Source of the DNA: an uncultured Holophagales bacterium
GTDB lineage: Bacteria > Acidobacteriota > Thermoanaerobaculia > Multivoradales > UBA5704
Direction of reading: 5' to 3'
Length of the DNA: 64,000 nt
Assembly (NCBI GenBank): GCA_963842525.1
Contig: CAWJGT010000003.1
Span: forward strand, 800,001 to 864,000
Made by a program: the position numbers and the translations under genes. Under the pieces are notes generated by a model. The model was given only the letters and a program-made list of their open reading frames with translations. It made no database searches and was not told the DNA's origin. The first letter of the stretch is position 1; the number at the start of each line of letters is the position of its first letter. Positions 19,783 to 30,190 of the stretch are shown in pieces.

Positions 19783-20883
19783 ATGTGGATCTCCGACGAC
19801 TCCCTGCGTCATCTGCGGGAGGTGACCGACCGTCCCGAACTGTCGGGCACCCGCTACGAGCTCGTCGAGACGATCGGACGCGGCGGCATGGGGACGGTCT
19901 GGCTCGCCCGCGACCGCGATCTCGACCGGGAGGTGGCGCTCAAGGTGGTCCACCTGCCCGAAGGAGAGGGCCAGGAGACCGAGAGGATGCTCCGCGAGGC
20001 GCGCATCCTCGCCCGCCTCGAGCACCCGGGCATCGTGCCGGTCCACGACGTCGGCCTCCTGCCGGACGGCCGCGTCTTCTACGCGATGAAGCGGGTGCGC
20101 GGGAGCCGTCTGGACGAGCACGCCCGGACCCTTCCCCTGACCGGCCGGCTGCGCGCCTTCGAACGGATCTGCGAGGCGGTCGCTTTTGCTCACGCCCATG
20201 GGGTCATTCATCGCGATCTCAAGCCCGAGAACGTGATGGTCGGACCGTTCGGCGAGGTGCTGGTGCTGGACTGGGGGGTGGCGAAAGACCTCACCCCCTG
20301 TCCCCCTCTCCCATCGCCCCCCCTTCCGCCGGGAGAGGGGGAACGCAGTTGGTGCTCTGAGAAGGTAGCTTGCAGTACACCCTCAGGGATTTCCTCCTCA
20401 AAAAGCCTGGACCTCGCCGGCAAACCTGAGCTGGGTCCCCCCTCTCCCGGCGGAAGGGGGGGCGATGGGAGAGGGGGACAGGGGGTGAGGTCTTCGACCG
20501 CCCATGGTACAGTCCTCGGCACGCCGGGATACATGGCGCCTGAGCAGGCGCGGGGCGAGGTGGAGCGGATCGACGAGCGGACGGATGTGTATGCGCTTGG
20601 CGCGATCCTCGCCTACCTGCTGGCGGGCGAGGAGCCGGTGCACCGGCCGCTTGATGCCATCCGCCGGCGGGCCATGGCCGAGGCGCCGGAGCAGCGCTAT
20701 CCGGGCGTGCAGGAGCTGGCAGCCGACCTCTCCCGGTACCTGGCCGGGCTGGCGGTCTCGGCCCACCGGGAGGGGCTCCTCGAGCGGGTGGGACGGTTCG
20801 TCCGCCGCTACCGGACCCCGATCCTGCTCATCCTCGCCTACCTGCTGGTGCGCGCCATCCTCCTCCTCGTGCTCGGCCGCTGA
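19783..20883 (+). CDS. Ser/Thr protein kinase carrying an in-frame palindromic insertion
   Basis: GRGGMG, VALK, HRDLKPEN, DWG and GTPGYMAPE motifs; C-terminal TM helix. Confidence 0.9.
   Translation: MWISDDSLRHLREVTDRPELSGTRYELVETIGRGGMGTVWLARDRDLDREVALKVVHLPEGEGQETERMLREARILARLEHPGIVPVHDVGLLPDGRVFYAMKRVRGSRLDEHARTLPLTGRLRAFERICEAVAFAHAHGVIHRDLKPENVMVGPFGEVLVLDWGVAKDLTPCPPLPSPPLPPGEGERSWCSEKVACSTPSGISSSKSLDLAGKPELGPPSPGGRGGDGRGGQGVRSSTAHGTVLGTPGYMAPEQARGEVERIDERTDVYALGAILAYLLAGEEPVHRPLDAIRRRAMAEAPEQRYPGVQELAADLSRYLAGLAVSAHREGLLERVGRFVRRYRTPILLILAYLLVRAILLLVLGR
20285..20494. repeat. 210-bp REP-like inverted-repeat element inside the kinase gene
   Basis: About 57-bp arm AAGACCTCACCCCCTGTCCCCCTCTCCC...GGGAGAGGGGG and its reverse complement. 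Confidence 0.85.
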
Positions 20884-20969
20884 GGCGGGGCCTCAAAGGA
20901 ACCGCGGAGGACGTTGAAGAGGAGAGTGTCGGATATCGAACGACCTCAATCCATAGGGAGAGAACGCGC

Positions 20970-21836
20970 ATGAACAAACCAGTCCTCGGCCTCCTGCTGG
21001 GCGGCATTCTCGGCATCTTCGACGGGCTGTCCGCCCTGCTCTCGGCTCCGGAGACGGCGCCGGACATCCTGGGCATCGTCATCGGCTCCACGATCAAAGG
21101 GCTGATCGCGGGCGTCCTCATCGGGTATTTCGCCCGCAAGGTGAATTCCCTGCCGCTCGGCATCCTCTTCGGTCTCCTGGTCGGCGCCTTCCTGGCCTTC
21201 TGGGTGGCCTTCCTGCAGGGCCAGTACTACCTGGAGATCATGCTCCCCGGGAGCCTCGTCGGAGTCATCGTGGGCTACGCCACGCAGAAGCACGCCGAAG
21301 CGCGGAAGTCCGTCGCGGCGGCGCTCATCCTGCCCCTGTTGCTCCTCGCCTCGACCGCCCAGGCTGGAGAGCCTGCCGGGGGGCTGGACGCCAAGGCCGC
21401 TTTCGACGTGCTCAAGGGCCTGGCCGGCACATGGGAAGGGACGGCTGAAGGGCAGAGCCCAATCCCCTTCAAGACCATCTTCAGAGTCACCGCCGCCGGG
21501 AGCGTGGTGGAGGAGACCCTCTTTGCCGGCACCGACCACGAAATGATCAACATGTACCGCGTCAATGGCGACGAGCTGCGGGTCACCCACTACTGCGCCG
21601 CGGGCAACCAGCCCGAGATGACCCTCGACCGTTCGGCCTCCCGGCCCGACGACCTCGTCTTCGCCTTCGCCGGCGGCACCGGCTTCGACCACTCCAAGGA
21701 CATGCACATCCACGGCGGCCGGATCACCCTGAAAGGCGACGCGATGGACATCGCCTGGGCGGCCTGGGCGGGAGGCAAGGAGGCCGGGGTCAACCGCGGC
21801 ACGCTCAAGCGCGCGGGCGGGGCGGCGGGACGGTAA
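20970..21836 (+). CDS. Membrane protein fused to a probable extracytoplasmic beta-barrel domain
   Basis: Four hydrophobic helices, a signal-like segment, then LAGTWEG...THYCAAGNQP...HIH. Confidence 0.6.
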   Translation: MNKPVLGLLLGGILGIFDGLSALLSAPETAPDILGIVIGSTIKGLIAGVLIGYFARKVNSLPLGILFGLLVGAFLAFWVAFLQGQYYLEIMLPGSLVGVIVGYATQKHAEARKSVAAALILPLLLLASTAQAGEPAGGLDAKAAFDVLKGLAGTWEGTAEGQSPIPFKTIFRVTAAGSVVEETLFAGTDHEMINMYRVNGDELRVTHYCAAGNQPEMTLDRSASRPDDLVFAFAGGTGFDHSKDMHIHGGRITLKGDAMDIAWAAWAGGKEAGVNRGTLKRAGGAAGR

Positions 21837-21871
21837 CGGGAGCTGCTGAACGTTCTCCTCGGAGGTGAACC

Positions 21872-22892
21872 ATGCGGCCCGTCCTTCTGATCCTCGCACC
21901 ACTGCTGCTCGCGGCACCCATCCAGGCCCAGACGGCCGCTTCCACCGCGGCGCAGGCCGAAGCGCCGGCCTATCGCACGGAGGACGTCCGCTATCCGAGC
22001 GGGCCGCTCACCCTGGCCGCCCTCCTGATGCTGCCGCCGCTCTCGCCGGAACGGGTCCCGGCCGCGGTCATCGTCCAGGGATCGGGAGCCAGTGACCGGT
22101 CGAACGCCTGGGCGCGCTCCATCGCCGAGGAGCTCGTGCGCGCAGGCGTTGCCGTCCTCCTCACGGACAAGCGGGGCAGCGGGGCCTCCGAGGGAGACTG
22201 GCAGACCGCGGACTTTTCCGACTTGGCCGGCGATGCCCTGTCTGGCGTCCGCTTCCTTCGTGGCCGGCCGGAGATCGACCCGGGCCGCGTGGGCCTCGTG
22301 GGGCTCAGCCAGGGCGGATGGATCGTCCCGCTCGCCGCGGCCCGCTCGACCGATGTGGCCTTCGTGATCGACATCTCCGGCGCGGCGGTCAGCTTCGCGG
22401 AGCAGTCCTTCACCGAGATGGGCAATACCGCGCGCCAAGCCGGCCTCCCCGAAGAGCAGGTCCGCGAGGTCCTGGAGCTCAACCGAGCCGTGGCCGAATA
22501 CCTCCTGACGGGCGCTTGGGAACGCTATCGTCAGGCTCGGGAGCGGGCGTTGCAAAGACCCTGGGGCAAGATCGCCGCCGGTTTTCCGGACTCGCCGGAT
22601 CTCCCCCTCTGGACCTTCTTCCGCGGTGTGGCCGGCTACGATCCCATGCCCTACTGGATCCAGCTCACCGAGCCGGTCCTGGTGGTCTACGGAGAAGCTC
22701 GACGAGCAGGACAACGTGCCCGTGAAGGAGAGCGTCCGCCGGCTCGAGCACGCCTTCGGGGCCGCCGGCAAGCGGAACCACCGCATCGTCGTCATCCCGG
22801 GCACAGGCCATGCCCTGACCGATCCGCAAGGGCGGGAGCTGATGCCCGCCTTCGTGGAGGTCTTGCGTTCCTGGCTGAAGGAGAACGTCTGA
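21872..22892 (+). CDS. Secreted alpha/beta hydrolase (frameshift near 22695)
   Basis: QGSG, DKRG and GLSQGG nucleophile elbow; D and GTGH in the downstream frame. Confidence 0.82.
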
Positions 22893-22919
22893 GGCGTGCT
22901 TTGCGTCATCTTTGACCTC

Positions 22920-23471
22920 CTACCGGAAGAAGGTGTCCCACCAATCAAATTCTGGTGCATCGCGGCGCGGATAGAAGCGGGCGCGCTGCCGCACCGCTCG
23001 GAGTATTTGACCGATCTCACCTTGGGGCGCTCGGGAGAGGCGGGCCCATTCATGGACAAGCTCAGGAGTCTGCACCACAGAGACTCGATGCGTCAGCCCG
23101 TCGAGGAGGCGGAGAGCCTTGCGGTCGTCGGTCGCTACAGCGCCTCCGCGTGTCACAGCCAGAGCACAGATCGACGCCTCGCCATCGTCCAGATCGATCG
23201 CGAAGCGAACGAATCCGGCGATCTCCTCCTCGGAGGACAAATCCAGAATTGCAAGATTCAAGCTTTCCAACCGCTCCGGAGACATGACCTCTCTGCCGGT
23301 TTCGCCGGTCTGCGCGATCGACAGGATCTCCTTCGTTGCCACGAGACGCGAGGTGGCGAAATCATAGGGGAGGGTCTGCAGGATCTCCTGGATCCGTCCG
23401 GTGGCAAAGAGATTGATGAGGCAGCAGGCGTCCAACAAGAGCAGTGAGCCCTGCGGGAGGTCTCTGGGCAT
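22920..23471 (-). CDS. PIN-like domain protein
   Basis: LLDACCLINL...LDDGEASICALA...ATDDRKA. Confidence 0.7.
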   Translation of the reverse strand: MPRDLPQGSLLLLDACCLINLFATGRIQEILQTLPYDFATSRLVATKEILSIAQTGETGREVMSPERLESLNLAILDLSSEEEIAGFVRFAIDLDDGEASICALAVTRGGAVATDDRKALRLLDGLTHRVSVVQTPELVHEWARLSRAPQGEIGQILRAVRQRARFYPRRDAPEFDWWDTFFR

Positions 23472-23488
23472 CTTGTGAGACGGCTGTC

Positions 23489-24706
23489 CTATCGACCGGC
23501 CGAGCCCAGAAGGGGTGTCCTGAGATCGAATGCATCACCGCGCTCGTCCCCTTCGATGGCTGACGCCTCGAGGCGTTGACTTCTTTCCCGTGCTCCCAGG
23601 CGATCCGTACGCAAAAACCGCGCGAGCTGCCCTTCGCTGAGCTGTTCCTGCTGCCAGGCTTCGACCGCCAAAGCGATATAGCGGGCAGGAAGGGGCTCTT
23701 CGTCGGGATGAATCGGCGCGAGCCCCAGGAATCTCTGGGCCTCACGATCTCGGAACCGTTCCTGCCGCAGACGGTCCCAGGTGCCTGCGGGCATCAGCCG
23801 CAGCGCCTCGAGCCTGCGGGTCATTGCCTCCACAGGGACGGCGTAGAAATGAGCGAGCCGCCAGAGGTCTCCATGGGTCATCCCTTGCGGGCGTTCGCGT
23901 TCGAGCTCCAGGTACCGCCGCCGCAGGCCCGATGCAGGCATCAGGAACGCCCTTGCGAACGCCTCGGCAAACCTCTCCCCGACGGGCCTGCGCTCGTAGC
24001 GTGCCTCGAAAGTGAGGGCCGGCCGGTAGCGGACGGTCAGGAAATGGCCAAGCTCATGGGCGAGGCTCAACCGCCGGCGTTCCGGCGGGTGGCAGAGATT
24101 GACGGCAATGCAGCCTCCGGAAGCTTCCGTGAAGGCGAACAAACCCGCCACTTGCGGCGGCAGCGTGAGTTGGAAGACTCGGAGGCCCACGTCTGCTTCG
24201 AGGACCTCCCGAAGGTTCACGAGCGATCCTTCGCCCAGGCCGAGCCGGTTCCGCTCGGCATCTGCGACGTCCTCTGCGGCCAGCTCAGGGTCGATTCCCT
24301 GGATGTCGTACTCTGCCGGGTAGCGCCGCCGAAGAGGAGCCTGGCAAAGCTCCTCGAGATGGATGTAATCCTCGCAGAGCCGCTGAAGCTCTTCGATCGA
24401 CGAGAGCAGGTCCGCATCGGCCGGAGCGCCTGACGGCAAGAGCCCTCGAAGCTGGAGGGCGAGTCCCTCCGCCGGTGCACCCCGCTGCAGAAGGTCAGAG
24501 ACGTTTCGCCCCAAGAGGGAGGAGATCTCGACGAGCTCCCCCGGTTTGAGTCGCCGCTCTCCCTTCTCGATGGCCACGATCGTGGTCCGTGCCATCCCCA
24601 GCCGGTCAGACATCTGCTGCTGGGTCCAGCCGCGAGCCTCGCGGGCCTCGCGAACACGAGCACCCAGCGCCCGCGGCTCCACGGCGTCGAGCGGGTTTTC
24701 GCTCAT
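23489..24706 (-). CDS. XRE HTH + ImmA/IrrE metallopeptidase protein
   Basis: N-terminal HTH (GWTQQQMSDRLGMARTTIVAIEKGER) and SLAHELGH zinc motif. Confidence 0.88.
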   Translation of the reverse strand: MSENPLDAVEPRALGARVREAREARGWTQQQMSDRLGMARTTIVAIEKGERRLKPGELVEISSLLGRNVSDLLQRGAPAEGLALQLRGLLPSGAPADADLLSSIEELQRLCEDYIHLEELCQAPLRRRYPAEYDIQGIDPELAAEDVADAERNRLGLGEGSLVNLREVLEADVGLRVFQLTLPPQVAGLFAFTEASGGCIAVNLCHPPERRRLSLAHELGHFLTVRYRPALTFEARYERRPVGERFAEAFARAFLMPASGLRRRYLELERERPQGMTHGDLWRLAHFYAVPVEAMTRRLEALRLMPAGTWDRLRQERFRDREAQRFLGLAPIHPDEEPLPARYIALAVEAWQQEQLSEGQLARFLRTDRLGARERSQRLEASAIEGDERGDAFDLRTPLLGSAGR

Positions 24707-24801
24707 GGACGAGAGTCTGCGCTCTGCTTCTGACAATGTCAAGCATCTATGAGATGTAGTCCGGCTTAATGTCAGAGTAGCTGACGCCTCCGAGGCGGGC
24801 T

Positions 24802-25283
24802 CTACTCCCCGACGAGCGCGAGAGCCTTGTCGCGAAGGGAGACGGAAAGGTACCTGCCCTCAGCGACCAGGTTTTCGACGATGGGACGGGCGTGAGCGAT
24901 CATCCCATCCTCTTGGCTGAGAGCACGATCCCGAGCGTTCCGATGACAGGGATCTGCAGAGCTTGCGCACACCGCCGCCCCTCGAAGTCGTCCAGGATGG
25001 CCATGCTCCCGGGATGGGACAGCGCCCAGGCGAGAACCGCAGATTCGCCTGCTCCGAGCTCAAGGCTGGTGATCTGCGGCGGGATCTGCGGGTCGGGGAC
25101 TGGAGTCAACCAGGCGTGGTGCTCGACAGCCTGGGCCGTCTCGTCCGACTCCTTCGCCCGGATCTCTGCAAGGACAGTTGCCGGAATGGCAACAGCAGGT
25201 CCGAGGGTTTTGAGGAGGTCGAGCTGACGGGCTCGGGATAGATGGATCAGGGGTGAGGCATCGATGACCGGCGCCTCAGCCAA
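24802..25283 (-). CDS. DUF3368-type PIN toxin (frameshift near 24902)
   Basis: VIDASPLI...LGAGESAVLA...ILDD..GRR...IGTLG; continues in another frame as IAHARPIVENL...ALVGE*. Confidence 0.8.
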
Positions 25284-25527
25284 GCCCGATCTCCCGTTTC
25301 AAATCCTCGAGGTCCACCTGGATGACGTCGATCTTGCGTGCGGCGAGCTCGTCGATGAAGTCTGCCCGGGTGAGGCCGGCGATCTCCGCGGCGCGGCCTT
25401 GGGAGATGGCTCCGCGCCGGTACCACTCGATTGCGATGGCGAGACGCGCGTCCTTTTCAACCTCGTCCAGGGATTGGTGGAGTGCGGAGAGAACTCCTTC
25501 CGGGATTTCGATGCTCAGTATTGCCAT
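25276..25527 (-). CDS. UPF0175 family antitoxin
   Basis: AIEWYRRGAISQGRAAEIAGLTRADF; overlaps the PIN gene. Confidence 0.82.
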   Translation of the reverse strand: MAILSIEIPEGVLSALHQSLDEVEKDARLAIAIEWYRRGAISQGRAAEIAGLTRADFIDELAARKIDVIQVDLEDLKREIGLG

Positions 25528-25569
25528 GGTCTGCTCCCTGGACATCTTCCCATGCATGCTGCCTTGGGT

Positions 25570-26608
25570 TCAATGCCGGTCCCGCTTCCCATACCACCCC
25601 TTCAGCACCTCGAACGCCGGCTTGCCGAGGGGGCTGAAGGATTCGTCCTGCGGACCTCCTTGGCCGTGGCTGGGCCATTTCCACCAGAAGAGGCCAGCCA
25701 GCCAGGGCTCGCGGTAGAAGGCCTTGAAGACCACCTCGTAACAGCGGGCCTGCATCGCCGGATCGAGGGGCGCGTTGTCTTCCTTCCAGGGCTCGACCGC
25801 GGCGGCGGCGCTTGCGGCATAGCCGACTTCGGTAAAGAGGACGGGCTTGCGATGGCGGCGGGCCATGGCGGCGAGCTTTGTCCGCAGCTCGCGCAGGCGC
25901 TTCGAGCTTGCGCTCGGCTTCTCGCCGGGCGCGGCGAGCGGGTAGTACATGTTGAGGCCGAGGAAGTCGAGAGCGTCCCAGAAGGGCATGACCTCGAAGT
26001 CGTCCGCCCAGTTGGCGGCGTAGGTGAGCGGGCCGGAATAGACGCGGCGGATGTCGCGGATCAGCCCCCGCCAGGCCGCCTGGTGCCGGGTGACGCCTCC
26101 GAGCTCGGTGCCGATCACCAGCAGCGTCCACGCGCTCGCGCTGGGCGAGGCCGGCGTGATGGAGCATCCAGCGCCGGTAGTCCTCGAACCATTGATCGAA
26201 ATCCTTTTCGTTCGCGAAGACGATGTGCCCTGTGAAGACGCCGCGGCTCCAGAGCTGCGGCTTCAGCATGACCTTCAGCCCCAGCTCGTGCGCCTGGCGG
26301 ATCGCCCGCGCCACCCGCTCGTCGGTCTCGTCGACTCCGCGATAGCGGATGGTGAGCTCGGCCGGGGCGCGGGTGAAGGCGTAGGGGACGATCGCCACCG
26401 CGTTCGCTCCCAGGGCGCGGATGCGGGCGAGCTGCTCGCGGGCAGTGTCCGAGCCATAGCCGTGCTGCCCGCCGACCTCATGAGAGAACGAGATCCCGCG
26501 CAAAAACCCCGGCGCGAGGGGGATCGCGGGGGCCGAAGCTTGCGGGCTCGCTCCGACCAGAACGAGCGCGGCGCAGAGAACCAGGGTGCCCTTGGCTGCT
26601 GCCTGCAT
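25570..26608 (-). CDS. Secreted GH113-like TIM-barrel glycoside hydrolase (frameshift near 26125)
   Basis: VMLKPQ, IGTEL, LTYAANW, YYPL, FTEVGY, FWWKW, KPA. Confidence 0.8.
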
Positions 26609-26635
26609 GCACCGAGGCTATCGCAGACGTGCCCC

Positions 26636-26842
26636 TCAGCGCAGAGCTTCCCCGATCCTTCGGCCCTGCCGGGCAAGACCCTGGAGCTCGCGCATCTCGT
26701 CCACGGTCTTTTCCAACCAGCGAAGCCGTTCCGCGGGAGTCAGCCGGAGCCCGAGCCGGATGTGGTGACGGCGAGCTCCTCCAAAATCCCAGACGTCTTC
26801 TTGGCGGTCGGCTTGGCCTTCAGGCCTCGATGGTCCAGTCAC
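26636..26842 (-). CDS. Small hypothetical protein (antitoxin-like)
   Basis: 68 aa, LRLTPAERLRWLE pattern; start overlaps the upstream stop. Confidence 0.5.
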   Translation of the reverse strand: MTGPSRPEGQADRQEDVWDFGGARRHHIRLGLRLTPAERLRWLEKTVDEMRELQGLARQGRRIGEALR

Positions 26843-27340
26843 GGAGCCTTCTCTCCGAGCTCGACCACCACCTCCTGGTCGGCTGTGAGCATTACGTCCT
26901 GCTCGGAAAGGACCGAGCCGTCGGGCATCCAGACACGCAGCCGGTAGAAGCCAGACCGGAGGCTGGGGATGCGGAACGTGCCGCTGTCGAGCGGAGGGAC
27001 CGTGGAAGCCAAGACCCTACCGTCGCGCAGGAGCGCGACCTGCAGGGGCATGTTGGGGCCGTCCAGCACGCGGCCGGAAAGGGTGAGGTCCCCGGTTGCG
27101 AAGTCGAGGTCCAGGACGGCCTCTCGGGTGTCCGGCGGCACCTGCACGCGTCCGCTTGCCACGAGGTCCACGAGGGAGGGGTGGCCGTCGAGAGGCAGAC
27201 TGGCCGTCACCTCCCAGCTCCCGGGCTCGAGATCGGTGAGGCGATACCGGCCGTCCAGGTCCACTTCGCCTCGCAACTCGGGCAGTTGCTGCCCTCGGTC
27301 AGGGATTGGCCGGAATTCCAAGCCGCGGAGTGAAAAACTC
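26839..27340 (-). pseudogene. C-terminal fragment of a carboxypeptidase-regulatory-like repeat protein
   Basis: DLDGRYRLTDLEPGSWEV, LSGRV and GTFRIPSLRSGFYRL; no clear start of its own. Confidence 0.5.
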
Positions 27341-27347
27341 TGTGGGA

Positions 27348-27911
27348 TCAGGGCGTCTGGCGCACCGCCCCTTCCATCGCCGCGAACGCCTTCTCGGCGA
27401 CCTGCCGGGCGGAGCCGAGGGGGTCCTTGCCGGACTGGATGGTGACGATGAGCTGGACCGCTCCTTTGGACACATGGAGCTGCTGGGCGGTTCCGCCCGC
27501 CCAGATCGCCTTGTCGCCGATCCCGGAGACGTCCTTCACGTCGTCCTGGGCTCGTGTCCGGAGGAACGACCGGTTCGATTCGATCCCGCGCCCGGCCGCC
27601 CGGGCCGAGGGGGAGGGGCGCACCAGGAGGCTCAAGAGCTTCGGGTGCTCCACCGTGCCCGCGTTGTAGGTGCACTCGAGCCGGCTGCGTCCCACCGCGT
27701 CGTCGAGCATGCTGCTCACACCGGCGATGGGCACGCCCGCGATGGCGCGGGCCTCCTGGGAGGTGAGCACTGCGCAGGCATCGAACTGCTCGGGGACCGT
27801 CAGGTCGGGCGTCCCTCCCGCATCGGAGCCGCAGGCGGCGAGGAGAGCACCCAGGAGCAACGGCAACAGGGGCAGGTGGATCTTGGGTCGGATCGCGGAT
27901 TTCATGGGCAC
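27348..27911 (-). CDS. Lipoprotein (DUF3558-like)
   Basis: Lipobox LLAAC, DACAVLT, CTY, VSGIGDKA. Confidence 0.6.
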   Translation of the reverse strand: MPMKSAIRPKIHLPLLPLLLGALLAACGSDAGGTPDLTVPEQFDACAVLTSQEARAIAGVPIAGVSSMLDDAVGRSRLECTYNAGTVEHPKLLSLLVRPSPSARAAGRGIESNRSFLRTRAQDDVKDVSGIGDKAIWAGGTAQQLHVSKGAVQLIVTIQSGKDPLGSARQVAEKAFAAMEGAVRQTP

Positions 27912-28010
27912 GGGCCGATTCTATCCCTCGGAGAGGCTGAGGGGCTCTACCTTCCTTAGAGGGAGGAGGCCCGATCCGCGTTCCCGGGCAAATTGCGAGA
28001 GAATCCCCGC

Positions 28011-28746
28011 ATGAGCGAAGATCTCGATTCCCGTCTCTACTTCCGGCAGCTCCTGGCCGGCCGCCAAGTCGCCACCCGCCATCCGGTGGCCGGCCAGATG
28101 GCCAATTTCATGTACCTGCTCGGCGACCAGCAGAGCCGGGAGGCCTTCGTCGTGGACCCGGCGTGGGATGTCCGTAGCCTGCTCGACGTGGCGGAGGCGG
28201 ACGGCTACACGATACGCGGGGCCCTGGTCACGCACTATCACCCCGACCACGTGGGCGGCGACCTGTTCGGGCACTCCATCGAGGGGATCGCGCGGCTCCT
28301 GGAGCAGGCGGCGGTCCCGATCTACGTCAACAAGCACGAGGCCGAGGGTCTCAAGAAGGTCACCGGCGTCGCGGAGAGCGACCTGCGGCGCGTAGACGAC
28401 AGCGACCGGACCCGGATCGGAGAGATCGAGATCCAGTTCCTCCACACTCCTGGGCACACATCCGGGCAGCCAGTGCTTCCTCCTGGGCAACCGCCTCGTC
28501 GCGGGCGACACCCTTTTCGTCCAGGGTTGCGGCCGGGTCGATCTCCCGGGAGGTGACCCCGACGCGATGTATCACACCCTCACGGGCAAGCTCGCCAAGC
28601 TGCCGCCCGACACCGTGCTCTATCCAGGGCACAACTACGGCCCGACGCCCACCTCGACGATCGGCGACGAGCTGGCGCACAACCGCTATCTACGCATCCG
28701 CTCGCTCGATGACTGGCGCCGCCTGATGGGGCGGTCCGGCTTCTGA
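28011..28746 (+). CDS. MBL-fold metallo-hydrolase (frameshift near 28460)
   Basis: THYHPDHVGG, HTPGHT; GDTLF and PGH in the downstream frame. Confidence 0.88.
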
Positions 28747-28772
28747 CGCCCGAGGGGTGCGCCGTCACGGCG

Positions 28773-29174
28773 TCACCCCTTCCAGGCCTGCCACTGCAGG
28801 TGGGTGTCGGCCCGGTGCCGGAACCTGGTGACCCGGCCGGAGCCGCCGAAGTGCCAGATATGGATCTCGTCCTCTTCGGTGACGCGTGTGCCCGTCGCTG
28901 TCACCGTGGCCTCGACGTCGACGAGCGCCACGACCAGCCCGTCGCCTTCGAGGATCGCCTTGGGGGCGAATTTATGGAAGTCGAGAGCCCCCAGGCTGGC
29001 GAAGAACTCGGCGGCGCCGGCCTTCCCGTGCCGCGGCTGCAGCCAGGGCGGGCCATCCCAAGGTTGCGTTCCATATTCCCACTCGACCGACTCGTCCAGA
29101 CGGTCCAGGATGGCTGCGACGTCTCCGCGGCCGAACGCCGCGTACATCTCCTCGACGGTCTCCTTGTGTCCCAC
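28773..29174 (-). CDS. SnoaL/NTF2-like protein
   Basis: YAAFGRGDV...HGKAGAAEFF...HIWHF...DT. Confidence 0.8.
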   Translation of the reverse strand: MGHKETVEEMYAAFGRGDVAAILDRLDESVEWEYGTQPWDGPPWLQPRHGKAGAAEFFASLGALDFHKFAPKAILEGDGLVVALVDVEATVTATGTRVTEEDEIHIWHFGGSGRVTRFRHRADTHLQWQAWKG

Positions 29175-29248
29175 GGGCTCACCTCCTCGGTCTTTTGTTT
29201 CCAGAGTCTACGGAGCGGCCCTGGCAACCGGATGAGGGGAAATTTCGG

Positions 29249-30139
29249 CTACTCTCCCTCCGGCCAGGTGGCGGACGGACTCGAGACCCGATCGGTCCGT
29301 GCGTCGAGCCAGGCGAGAAGATCGCGGACCACCCGTGCCCGTTCGACCTCGTTGAGGATCTCGTGCAGGAAGCCCGGATAGACCTCCAGGCGCTTGTCCG
29401 CGCTGCCCAGCCGCTCGTAGACCCGGCGAGCGGTCTCGGGGTCGGCGATCGGGTCGTCGCTGCCGAGGAGGAAGAAGGCCGGCAGGCGGATCTCGCCGGC
29501 GCGCGCGAAGACCTCCCGCTGGGCGCGGCGGACCTCGAAGAACCAGCGCGGATTGAGGGTCTTGAAAACGAGCGGGTCCGCCTCGTAGGCGGCGACCACG
29601 GCGGGGTCGTGGCTCAGCCACCGTGCGGCGATCTCGCTCTTCCCGAGGTGCGTGGGCTTCAGGAAAGAGACGACGGCCGCCAGCCCGGCCTTGAGCGGCG
29701 GGACCTTGATCGCGGGTCGGAGAAAGGGGCTGCTGACGGCCAGCGCGGCGAAGGCGCTCGGGCGACGCAGGACATATTGGAGGGAGATCAGACCGCCGAG
29801 GCTGTGGCCCACGAGGATCCAGGGTGGGATCGTCCGGTCTGGCTCTTTGGGCCGGGCCTCGCTGATCCGCTCCAGGAAGAGGTCGAAGTCGTCGAGATAC
29901 TCACGGAAATGGCGGACGTAACCACGGACGCCCTCGGACCGGCCATGCCCGCGCAGGTCGAGCAAATGGCATTCGTAACCGGCAGCGTCCAAAGCCGCGA
30001 GGAGCTCGGCATACCGGCCCACGTGCTCCGCGTAGCCGTGCGCGATCGCCACCACGGCGCGGCAGCCCGGACGCAGGTGGTGCTGGACGGCCAGGGCCAG
30101 CCCGTCGGCGGTCCGGAGGGTCGACTCCAGCGGCGGCAT
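29249..30139 (-). CDS. Lysophospholipase-like alpha/beta hydrolase
   Basis: HGYAEHVGRY, DLRGHGRS, GHSLGG, HEILNE. Confidence 0.9.
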   Translation of the reverse strand: MPPLESTLRTADGLALAVQHHLRPGCRAVVAIAHGYAEHVGRYAELLAALDAAGYECHLLDLRGHGRSEGVRGYVRHFREYLDDFDLFLERISEARPKEPDRTIPPWILVGHSLGGLISLQYVLRRPSAFAALAVSSPFLRPAIKVPPLKAGLAAVVSFLKPTHLGKSEIAARWLSHDPAVVAAYEADPLVFKTLNPRWFFEVRRAQREVFARAGEIRLPAFFLLGSDDPIADPETARRVYERLGSADKRLEVYPGFLHEILNEVERARVVRDLLAWLDARTDRVSSPSATWPEGE

Positions 30140-30190
30140 GGTGAGGAGTACTGTATGGGAACGGGATCCGGAGAGGAAGGAGGCCTGTAA

